Assembly: GCA_002633005.1 (NCBI GenBank)
Contig: NMRA01000136.1
Coordinates: forward strand, 770,944 to 834,943
Direction: 5' to 3'
Origin: Phoronis australis
Taxonomy: Eukaryota; Animalia; Phoronida
DNA length: 64,000 bases
Below the pieces are notes generated by a model. The model made no database searches and was not told the DNA's origin. It saw only the letters and a list, made by a program, of their open reading frames with translations. Position numbers and translations under genes: made by a program. Positions 1-11,906 of this stretch are shown here, in pieces. Position 1 is the first letter of the stretch, and every line of letters starts with the position of its first letter.

Positions 1-623
1 CAATCCCTGAAATTTCCTCTAATTTGAGTTAAAAACAAGTCAAGATAAGTTTCATAGCGATATTAGTGACCTTAATTAGAAGTTACTGGCAATATTTTTA
101 TGACAAACTGGTTTAATCCTGTACAGTAGCTTTAAAATTAAATTAAAATTTAAACATCTGTCATTGTTATTGTGCAAGTGTTGTGGTTTGTACTGGAACT
201 ATGCTTAGATTATATTTCACAATTAGTTAGAATGGTTTATTATATAACTCTTACCAAACAGCTCTATTTGAAATGTGACTCATATGCATGTGGTCTTGTG
301 TATTGCAAAAGCCTGTTGTTGAACAGTAGTTCATCAACACCCAATAAAGTAGTATTCGAGGAAAGACGTCTTCCTCACTATCAACATAAATATTATGAAA
401 GTCAACAACAGATATCATTTTATCACAAAGTTTGTAAAACCAAGAATCTGGTGTACAGTTGTGTATTCCATTGTTGCCCAAAGGCATTGGGTAATAGTAA
501 CTTACAGGGTGTTGCAGATTTTGAGAACCAGTTTGATGATGCATGTTATTCAGTGGAGGAAACTGGGACCTCAGTTAATGACTATTACTGATTTTTTTTA
601 CTGAACCATGTTGCACGTTTCAG

Positions 624-913
624 TGCTGCTCACCACCCCATGCCACCGGTGTATGTGACCGCTGTTGCTAAATCTGAGCTTGAAAACAACAATTCCGCAC
701 TGGTTGCTGACCAACAAGAGTCAACCAATAACAGTGCTGACAACAAAACAACAGAAGCCAAGAATGATGGCAGTGAGGAGCCGGTGTTCACATACAACTG
801 CCCTGTGTTTGTGAACAAAGGCAGGCAGATGTCTTTCATGAATGTACCATTGACTAGCCGAGAACCAATTGAACGTTGGAGTATGGGTGGTACTGCACTG
901 ATTGTTGATCCAG
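624..913 (+). CDS. Dynein heavy chain-family gene, penultimate exon (C-terminal domain); upstream exons lie outside the window
   Basis: tttcag acceptor at 621-623, GTAAGA donor at 914. Translation MPPVYVTAV...YNCPVFVNKGRQ...VPL...PIERWSMGGTALIVD resembles the DHC C-terminal consensus (MP..W/Y...Y.CPVY...R...L...HW..RGVALL). Confidence 0.75.
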
Positions 914-2770
914 GTAAGAAATTGAAGGACATTAGTGCACAACGGATCTATAATCTGAAAATTTGTAAATCAATTTCACACCAGTTTCAGGAGTGATCAT
1001 GAAATGAGATGCATGGACCTTGGATGGGAAGCTTTCATCATTGTACTAAGAAATTGCTCTTCCCGTCACAATCCTGCCAAATCAGTGCTTAATGCATTTT
1101 TGTGTATTTACTACCTGTTTGAAGATAGATTATTCTCATCCAAGGTCTGTAATTCCCATTCTTTGATCAACCCTGAGTTGGGGAAGCTCTACACCCAGGT
1201 CGAGTATTTTACGGCTTGAATGGAAAAGGTTATCTGATCATTTGTTTTTTACATTTTGATTTCCAATGTGTTAATGGGACATTATCAGCGAGAAAACTGA
1301 TTTCCTGGGATGAGTCTCAGTGTGGAATCTATACTAGAATCCTATGATGTAATCTAAACCTCATTCAATGGGTAGAAGTCAGTATTTTAAGTGTATTTGT
1401 TTGTTTAAGTTCATGGCTTTTATTTCAAGGAATTTTTAGCAGACGATGGCAAGACTTGGCGATTTGTTGTAAAATCCAAAAAACAAAGAAGTTTTAATGT
1501 TTTATAGCTCTGGTCAAAGCTAAGAACTTCAGAAATTTTATCCTATTCAACATAAATCCAAAATGCCGTTTTGGCCATAAAACCAATAATGCCCTTTTAA
1601 GATTATAGAACATGTGTTACAAGATAAATGTCATAGTTAATGCATGCGATTATCAGTTGCAGAAGTCAAGCTATCTTGTTTGAAAGAGGTTTTATTAGGG
1701 GTTTAAAACTTGTGGGCTATTTAATGCAATCTCTTAAGTCAGTTGATTTTGCGAAATTAACATTAATTTTGTGTTAGTTTGAATGTTTGAGCTTTGACTG
1801 TATTCTATAAATTTGTATGTGACGTAATTAGGAAAACTGCACTGGCCTGGTAAGTATTGTTGTAGTGAACAACAACTGAGAGCTTGACATGTTGTTGTTT
1901 TGAGCCTTCAACCTGATCCTGCCTGGTGAACAATGAGATAAAACTCACATTAAATCTAATCAAGTTTCACTCAATTCGTATTAAACATCAGCTGTGAACT
2001 ATTTTTCCACAGTAGGTATTGTGCAAGAGCCTATCAATTCTATCCCACCTTTCAAATTGTTTCTGTTTTGAACATTACTAATAATGTGACCTCGACCAGC
2101 TGGTTAACCCTCCAGTATTTCCCAGGTTGTACTAACTTTCACTGGACTTCTCTTCCCCAAAGTGGCAACTTCCTTCCCATTGTCTTTTTTGCAATAGTAA
2201 TAGGAATATGGGATAGTCCTTTGATTCCTTTGTTTCATCTTCTTGTCAAAATGTTTGAAAGTGAATATATGTTTTATTACTGATATAAGAACACATAGTA
2301 TAGCTATAGTAGTTTTCTTCTTAGAAGTAGGATTACTTAAAGCTGTTGATGACACATACCGCTATTTTTGTAGATTCTTTATCAAACTGTAACGTGGTCA
2401 GTAGCTCATGTGAAGAAAAAATCAGTTGAAATAGAATTAATTGTGATGACATGTTTTACATCGCCTTCGCAATATTGTGTCATTGTTGTGGTGCTTTTTG
2501 TGTGTGTTTGGTGTAAATGTGCCCTCAAGCCGTGGTGTTTGCGAAGAACTGTCTTTGTTTAATTGTTAATTGTCGTACCTAGTAATGCCATTTTGTATGT
2601 GCTTCGACGTAAAAACATTCCATATACACACTACCAAGTTCTTATAGTAATATGACCAGTTTGTGTTACTTAGTGCCAAAAGTAGCGGTATGTTTTTCCA
2701 AAGTGCACGTAATTTTTCCTTATGTGCCATTGCAAATGAAATTAATGTTTCCATTCACTTGTTTTTTCAG

Positions 2771-3669
2771 GATGTCCTGAAGATTGCTGTAAGAAGTCTC
2801 GAGCCATTGTTCCCATACGAGCATCCCAGCTGAAACCTCCTGACACAGGCTTCCTACAGTTCCGTTTTACTCGCCAGTCTGGTGTTGATGGTGCTGCCTC
2901 TCGCACTTCTCAGCGCCTAGCCTCACGGCAAAGTCCGGGTTCACAGCTGTCCTACCGACCTATGTCTCCTAAAGCACCTCCTCTTCCCCCAAGTCTAGCC
3001 ATGGCCAGAGAGCCTCCCATGTTGCCTGCGGAGGACCTAGTTGAACCACACTCTTCACATCAGCGACTGGCATCCAAATCGAGTGCAGAAGTAGCTGGGA
3101 CAAAAAGAGATGATGAGGAAGGGGAGAAGGAGGAAGATGCTGAGGTGAAGTCTTCAGCTCCACAAAATGTGGCAAGTAAGTCCAAGTCTTCTACTGCTGT
3201 ATCACCTGAAGAAGAGACTGAAGGCAAAGATACAAAGGTTGATGTGTCAGATGCAAAGAGTCCCCAAGATGAAAAGGAAGAGATGAAAGATGAGCAGACC
3301 ATTGGAGACAAGACAGAAGAGGAGAGCGAAGAGGAGGATGCTGGTGGTGTCTCACCAGAAAAGAGAGATGAAGAAGGTGAGACAGAAAAGACATCTGGTG
3401 GAGCAGAACAAGTAGGAGAGGAGCAAGACAAGTCTGATGAAACCCCGGATGGTGAAGAGGAGGGTGGGGAAGATCCCAAGATTGCTAAAGCAGAGGACAG
3501 CTCAGAAGAGACTGAAGAAGAGCCAGCAAAGACCGGTGAAAGTGAGAAGAAGGTTTCAGCAGAATCTCACCCTACGTCAGCTGATGAAACGAGCAAAGAG
3601 GATGTGACAACAGGACAGACTGTTGAAGCTGGGAAGGAAGATGAGTCTGGATCAGAAAATGAAGACTGA
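2771..3669 (+). CDS. Dynein heavy chain-family gene, terminal exon: S/P/R-rich then E/D/K-rich low-complexity tail (~299 aa)
   Basis: ttttttcag acceptor at 2768-2770. Phase-1 join G|GA is open and in frame with ORF 2962-3669. Stop TGA at 3667-3669; AATAAA at 3776 and 4624. Confidence 0.7.
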
Positions 3670-3760
3670 GTGTTACACTGCCTTGTAATACAATAACTAG
3701 ATGTCTTTGACTGAGTGTTACACTGCCTTGTAATACAATAACTGGATGTCTTTGACTGAG
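3664..3760. repeat. 45-bp tandem duplication (2 copies plus a partial) overlapping the stop codon
   Basis: gactgagtgttacactgccttgtaatacaataact(a/g)gatgtcttt starts at 3664 and 3709, with a partial copy at 3754. Confidence 0.9.
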
Positions 3761-5494
3761 GGATTGTTTGAATGGAATAAAATGTAGTGGTTCATGTGGC
3801 AATCTTACCAAATGTGACCTTCATTAGAAATGAAAATTTTAATGTATTCAGATTATCAACTCGCCTTACACTGTTCCGCATTAAAGAGTAAAGCTAGACA
3901 TGTGATCAACCTGTTTATGACTGCCACATTAAGCCAAGCTTCCCTATAATACACCATCAAAGTAGATTGAATATGAGTTCATACCTTTCCTCTGTACTGC
4001 AAACTCCCACCAATTCTTTACCCAGTGGTATGCTCAAATTGTTCACCATTTTTCATTGATGTGCCACGTGGCTCAGTACATTCCCATCACATTACATAAA
4101 TTTTCTCGTATTTCGATTCAAATTGTTTTATGCAGTGTCAGATTATTTCTATAGAGCTAAACAGACTACTGAGCAGTTTCAAGTCCCATACAAAACAGAG
4201 GCCCCAATTGTCACCACAGGGCACCTCTCTAAGCTGTGACCATGAGTGGAGAATTGTGGTGGTCAGTCTTCACATTATTTATAGCTAAAGGATGCCATCA
4301 GAGGAACCCTAAGTGGCACGGCTTTATTCATTTTGTTCTAGGGTTAAATTGCTTTAACCAAGATCAATTGTTCATACTTTTATTTAATACTGTATTGTAT
4401 ATAGTACTGTGTTCTTATCACATGGTCATATTTACTTAATGTTATTTGAATTATGTTTTTTACTAACAGTTGTTAAAACTTTATTGTGAGTGAGTGGTAG
4501 AATGTTTGTTATATTTACAAATTTTAAATGTTATCCCCTTGAATTGCCTGGCCTCATTGTGTTTTGGTTTTGGCAATAGTTTGGTTTTTCATGGACTTTA
4601 TCTTAAACTTCCAAGTGTTGAATAATAAATGTTATGAATTGTTTAAACAATTCTGAATTTTTCATGAGTTGGTGGTTTCAATGGCTGCAAAATGTTTTAA
4701 AGCCATATTACAGACAGAATGATTGGAGATGCAATATTACTTAAAAGTAGAAATAAGAACACATGGATTCTACTTTATGGCATCTATTTGAACTTGCTAT
4801 GGAGAAATTACAAAAGTTTAACACACTTGTACCATTTCAAACTCATAGGAGTATCAACAGTATTTTTAGCCAAAACATTTCATAGTTTCAGCCAGAAAAG
4901 ACATTGTAAGAAAACGTTTTTTGCTGGACCTTGAAAGTGACAAATTCTCCCAGCCGAAACAAAACGGACTCGCGTAGAGAAATTTAACAAAATATCTTTC
5001 GCTTGCCTACCATCAATTTGTGTTTTAAATAAGTGAAGAATTACTGAACCCACTGTTTACAATGTCGTTGCTACCAGAACTTTGGTTTAGTTTCTCATCA
5101 GAAAACAGGTCAAATTATAACAGTAGGAGATTCATCAACTAATCTTAAACTAAAAGATACAAAACTAAGAAATCAGACACAAATGTGTTGCCATATGCAT
5201 TCTCTAACTGCATCCATGTTATGACATTCAATTGAACATATAAAACCAGTAACTACGGTAACATATTAAACAAATCAGTTAAAGACTAGAAATTCACCAA
5301 TATGTTTGTAAAAATACGAATAAAACAAATCTTCAGGTAACAATTCTGGACATGTGAGAATGAATCAAAAACACCATGGCACTACGATGCGCTAGTTTGA
5401 AAGATTTTATATAATTCACATCTATTTTCATCAAGAAAGCAAGCATAAGCAACTACCTACTCGACACTATAATATCTGCATAATATTCGCAACA

Positions 5495-5500
5495 TTTATT
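5495..5500 (-). promoter_or_regulatory. Candidate vinculin polyadenylation signal
   Basis: AATAAA on the minus strand ~1.7 kb after the vinculin stop; support is positional only. Confidence 0.35.
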
Positions 5501-7198
5501 TGACACTGTAACATCAAGGCACAGTCTCAAAGCATGAAATGTTAATTCACCACAATTTAACCCTCTCAAAGTGACCTCAAAAGCTTAAAAAGAAAGCAAA
5601 ATTTTAAACAAAACAGAAATGAAATCTTTTTAGAAATGTGATTTTATATTCAAATTAACCATCATTAACAGAAAAACATAAAAGCCATATTTCCAATATC
5701 TATTGTTTCAGGTAAAATGGACAACTACCAAATTCGCTTTGAGTGGTGAAAATAAGATGATCCTCATGCTCAAAATAATAATTGTTGAATACTGTAAAAA
5801 ATGGACTGCAATACCATCACCTCATAATCCCCCTTCCATTTCATACAATCACAACTACCACACAATATATGGCTATAAAAAGTAAACAGAACAGAGTGTT
5901 GTTGTGGGGTGCAACCTCACCTAAAGGAAACTACAAGTATCATTAAAATTATGTATATGAATAGTAGCAATATATATAGTAACAATGGCAATAATTTTTG
6001 GAGAAGTCTTCCTAGTTAACAAGTACAATGTATACTATCCATAACAAATAGCAACAAATGTCACATACTAAATATGTTTGTCCAAGCACCTGACATGACT
6101 TGATTACATCACATAAGACTGTGGCAGTGATTTCAATTATCACAATGCTTATTTACCCAATTAAGTTCAAACAGGAAGATATCTCTTCCTGGTTCAAATA
6201 ACCATACACCAGGCATTACCAAAATATAACTAGCTTCAATCCTAAATTAACTCGCAATGTGAAAAAGGTTGCAGTAATTGTTACTTTTACTATTGAGTAT
6301 CCTCTTCTGAAGATTTCTTTGTTATTAAAGTAACCATAAATGACAAAAGTAAGACCAAAGTCTACACCAGCACAGTATTTTGTGGCAAGGTAATTATGCC
6401 ATTTTAAAGCTGTTCACAATGGACTGAGGAAGATAACCACAGCATAATCTGTTTCATAAACTCACTACAAGCTACAGTACGACTCAACCATATTTGAAAC
6501 AATGATTTGCCAAGCAATGGGTAAAGGCAAAAAACAAATCCTGCTTTATTTTTGCTCTTCTTGGGTAGATTTTTTTGAAAAAGCACGCAACTAAAAACAT
6601 TGCACCACAGACGCCAAATTTCAAAAAACAGTGACCACAACCAGTACGCTTTACCTAAGTTGCTATTACACAGCAGGAATTGACCAAAGGTTTGTAAGGC
6701 CTCTGCTGGTTTCCCACGTGCAAGACTACTGACCTAATTTAAGGTTATGCAACAGGATGACACTTAATATGTAACAATTCTCTGCTCAATTTGGAAACCC
6801 ACAAGTGAGAAATTATGCAGTATTGAAATGAGCTCACCTCATATCCACATTAACTATAAATCTCAACTTGCACACATGCTGGTCATCCACAAGATTGTAT
6901 TTATTTAGAAGACTTCAAAAAAGTGAACACCAACATTTAAAAATTAGCAGAATTTGGTTGTTATGAAATGGCGCCACTTTTCGGTTACAGCAACAGGTTA
7001 CAACAACTTGTTTGAAAACTGTTGTACTAAGATTTGCTGAATTAAAAACCTTAATCAATAACATGATCAAATAGGCATGTTTTGACATATAACTAAATAA
7101 CACAAAATTCAAATATGCCTAAGGCTTACATCCCTACGATGAAGCATTCCCAAACTAACATTCCAACGTTGGCCAACCTATGACCTACGCAACACCCC

Positions 7199-7368
7199 TC
7201 ACGATGTGTACCAAGGCTTCATACGAACCCACTTCAGAGTGTAGCCAGAGTCCACGCGGATCTTAATGGACGCTGCTTCAGCGGCACGCACCGTCTCACG
7301 CACAGACTGCATCAAGTTCTGTGCATTGCCCACCAACATCTCTGTAGCTTCCTGGTCCTCATCAGAAC
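7199..7368 (-). CDS. VCL: Vinculin last coding exon (tail helix 5 and C-terminus)
   Basis: [56 protein letters not shown]; ttttaag acceptor. Confidence 0.95.
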
Positions 7369-10300
7369 CTTAAAAAGAAGACAAATACAAAATGATATCT
7401 CTAAACTGAGGCAAACAGCTGGGATGGTAAAACTGATGTTTAATTAAAAATTTTCCAATAAGTTATTGAAGATACAAGAATGTCTCCAGTTAAGGTCAAG
7501 TTAGATATCATTTAAGCGTAAAAATTTGAAAATTGAATTACAATTAATGATCAGCAAAACATTCTTTAGACACCATTTCTTTACATTACTTAGATCAATT
7601 TCTGTGAAGTGACAACACATTCCTAAAATACCACTCACACAAAAAATAATAATATCACAGTATTTCTAAACCAGAAAGAGTGATTAGAAGTCAGTGTTAG
7701 GTAATAGCAACCAAGACGGGTAAAATACCAAACTGCTTTAATAATCTTACTTATAGGATTTGTGCAAATTTTTAACCAATAACAACCAGAAAATAATTGG
7801 ACAGCCAAGCACAATATGCCTCAGCGTTAGCCTGTCAACTAATCTTTCAAGCTACCGTGCAGCAAAATTAGAATAAAATAATGAGGAAATTATTACAATG
7901 CTGCCTTCAGATTTGCACACTGAAGACATCTTTTTCAATAAAGTTGCATTTCTTTCAGCCATGCTGTCCGAAAAAACAAAATCCAAACAAAGTCTCTTTA
8001 TCCTACAAAATCAGCCCCAGAATTTTCTTTAATGCGATAATTATTGGTTTGATAAAGAAAATCCTGACCAATTATGAATCAAAATAAATTATGTTTCTGA
8101 GAAAATCATAGGGCTGGCCAACACATCTAAAATTTGACTGTTTCAATTCAGTCACAGTTTATCTCGGATTCTTATTCAACAAGACAAGCAAATTACTTGG
8201 TCCACTTTGGAAGGTTACGGTACATGTAACTCTAAAAAGTTTTCCTAAACTGTCGCAATTTGGTTAACTGTAGAACATCATATATGAAAAACAGTTAATC
8301 GGATTCAAAGTCTTTCAGATATAGTTGTACTGCCTTCTAAAATGTTGCTAGGAATCATTTTGAGAATGGTGCACTTCCGTCACAAGGGACTTTCAAAAAT
8401 AGGACTTGTATGAAACAAAGAAGTTGCATGAAACAAAAACAAAACATACTTCAATTCTCCACTAATTCATACAAAATAATTGCCCAAATAATCATTTTAA
8501 AATTTCCATTTTCCAAAAGCTGATAACTTTGCTCCAAATAGTAGAGACCTCAGCAAACATTTTATGACATTTACACAGTACAAACTATGCTAGCAACAGA
8601 TTAAATTTTTTATATTCTTTTGAAAAATAAAAATTAAATAAAAAATCACTTGTCACCCACATTGCGTGTTAAATAAGTGAAGAATTACTTACTAGACAAT
8701 TGTAACAGTGCTTTGGAAATTAAGTCACATTATTGATTTCATTGTTTGCTATGGTTGTACCATTTAAACACGGGACACTTCCTTCCAAATTACAATAGCA
8801 TGAAAACAAGGAAACTGGCCGATTAACCAATTGATCAATTGATCCCAAAATCTTCTTTGTCACGATAGTTATGGGTTTCCAACAATAAAAGATCATCTGC
8901 GACTGTTGTGAACTAGTCCAATTACGGAAGGGATCATCAACTTCCTCAAAATTGATGGTTCTTTGTCACTACACTATTTTTTTCTTTCTTTTTCGATGCC
9001 GGAAATGACCTTCTCGTAGATGAACATCACTTTTCATGACAGGACGGAAAGGTTTGAAACATGTCAAATTCTGTGTGGTTGACTGTCCGGAATTACAATT
9101 TTCAATTTATACAGTGACTTAGAAGGACATATGCTTTCAAGAAGCATCTACTAACAAAATATGGTAGACAGTGCATAGTTTAGAGAAGAGCCAACAGGTG
9201 GTGAAAAATTAGTCTGGTGAAGCTCTTTACCTGTTAGACAAGTAACAAATAACAGACTCTTGCAAACAATGCTCCAATGGGATCAGTGACTCCTATTACT
9301 GCCTGGTTTAATATGAGGAATACAATTTAATATTCAGAAAATATCGTAAAATGCCCAAGGAATACTTATACAAACACACAATACATTAAAGTAGGTTCCT
9401 TAAAGATGATTTAAGTCATGCCCTGCTTTTAAAAAACAACATTTTTCAAAGGCAGATTGCTTGGTCTTCCAAAGCAGTCATCCCATTCTTATCCTTTATG
9501 AACTGAAATTAGTTACAATGATCAAATGGAGTTTTGTAATAGCACCAGCAACTAATTTTAGGAACTTAGGAACTTACACGAATTTCGAAGTGCCTGTCCT
9601 TGCCACCAGGTGGCAACAGGAGTCACTTATCACTCATCATCAGTCACCAGATTTAAAGATCAAAACTAATTTCAAAAGCACAAAAATGTTAGCATGCAAA
9701 GTAGACAGTAAATAAAGGGAGTGTCCGAGTTGACGAAACTAACTGACCAACATGAGCACTGGCAGAATATTAGAAAATGCATGAAAAAATGCCACGGACA
9801 TCAACACCCCCAAAGCCTAGCATGAAACGATCAAACAAGGACTTGACTGTCTGTAGTTTTGTTATTTTGAAATTGATGAGTTATTTAATCAAATGAGCTA
9901 CAAACAGGTAGCGCAAATTCTTATTGAAAATTTGACTTTTGCTTTCATTTGCAATATGGCACATCTTCACAGACACTTTTGACAAATAAAAAATAATTTG
10001 CAAACATGTGATATCAACACAAACTCAAAGTAGTTTAACATGTGCTTTGGTGCAACATAATGCAAGTAGGGGTTTTCACAACAGCCAAAGGGAGACAAAT
10101 CCTGTTTAGACAGTCTCAGTGCAGTACCCAGGGTTCACTTACTAGATTCTATGTTGAGTAACGGAGAAAAAGAAATTAACATCTCATTAGTATTAACAAA
10201 ATGCAATCACAATTAGTCATGCATAGAACAACATACCATATGTTCAGTACAAGCCAAAAGCATCCAGACAAAACAATCCACAATTCTCTGTCATGATGGC

Positions 10301-11849
10301 AGGGCAGAAGCCAAATAGATTTGTTAGAGTAATCTCCCCTGATGACCAAGAATGAAGGGGAATTAACAGGAGAGTTAGTAAGGTGGTAAAACCACTCTGT
10401 AATTAGAAGTTTGCTGCCAAAATTGTTATTAACAAATAAATATTGCTCTTAACAGAATTAACCATCATAACTGGAAAGTGGCATTTTGTCTGATTACTTT
10501 TGTCTGGTACTGTAGCTGTATTGTCAGATTACTTTTGTCTGGTACTGTATGTAAAACAGACTGCTGGGTTGCATAAAACTTCAACTCAACATATTAAATA
10601 TAATCAGACACCTTTCGTCTCTAAAATCAACTTTAGATTTACACCACTTATTGTTGCCAAATTGGTCTGCAATTGTTCCTTAGTCAAAAATAAATGTGAT
10701 TTCTAAGTTTGGAAAGAAATGACACATCATTTTATTGCTCGAGTCCCAGGTCTACAAATTGGCTCGTCACTGTGTGCCATGAGCATGATCACACTAGCAA
10801 TCTATACTGCTTGAGAATAGATTTAGCTAATCATCCACTTGTTTGCAACTAAAGAAGAAAATATCACTGTGACACCACCAGCTGCAGTCTTTATACAATA
10901 GACTGTGGTTGTGCACACACAATAGCCAATTTAGAAATCTCAATATCCCGCCTTAATTATTTGGAGAAAATCCACCAAACATCACTTAGTGGGTAACTGT
11001 TAACAGTGTTAAAGCAACCAAGTCTTTTCAAAGTGGCAATAAAGGTTATGTAATTAGGCAAAATACTGCAGTGTTTCCTTGAACAAGTCTTCGTCATTGT
11101 ATAGTTTGGAGAAATTTGATTAGGAAGCACCTTGTGATAGCCTTACTTGTTGCAGCAAGATATCACTTCAGCATGTCCGTGCAGTGATGATAATGTCAAT
11201 CCTCTTAGGAGTTTTATGCAACCAGTTGGTAGAGAGCATTGAGGACCACAAAACTTGATATCCACTAGGTGACACCAAAGGATGAAGATTTCTTTCACGA
11301 TTACTTAAAGATTGCCCAAAAAATGTTTTTCAAAACGAAGATAGCAGAAATTGTTTTTACTGGAAACTCGAGTGGCATATTTGGTATTCCAGGAATCCTA
11401 AAGTTTCTTCTGCATGCCACAGTTCAAGGAAAATGCCACAGTTGACTATTATCGTGGAGAAAAAACAAACAGATTTTATTTTTCAGACTCTCCTGCAGAC
11501 TTTGTGTGCTCAACAGAATGAGCACTGCTTAGTCAACATCCTTTCTTCAAACACCACACAATTTCCGCTACAAAAATATTGCAATAATCCTTTTGATTGC
11601 CTTTTGCCTAAGCACATCAGCTTTTTTGAAAAATCCTAAATATCTGCACTGGAGCAAGATGCATATGGCTCTAAGGTTTGTGCTCTACAATAAGAATCAA
11701 CTGTGGCACTTCTTCTAACCACTGCGCATTGCAAAACCAACGATGGCTTTATCGCAAGAAGAAATACACCACTGGTTCTCAGTAAAAACACATCCTAGTA
11801 ATAATATTATAGAGTATTTTTGGAAGCATTTTTGGGACACCCTATACAT

Positions 11850-11906
<57 letters not shown>

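Noticed and set aside
172-604. ORFs of 139, 97 and 69 aa at the window start
   Set aside because: Inside the dynein-like gene intron, with no recognisable motifs.
3060-3479. Ser-rich antisense ORF
   Set aside because: Shadow frame of the Glu-rich dynein tail exon.
9225-9255. Polypyrimidine-CAG|GTAAAG, a possible recursive splice site (similar motifs near 15680 and 15931)
   Set aside because: The introns are only 2-6 kb and such motifs are expected by chance; no independent support.
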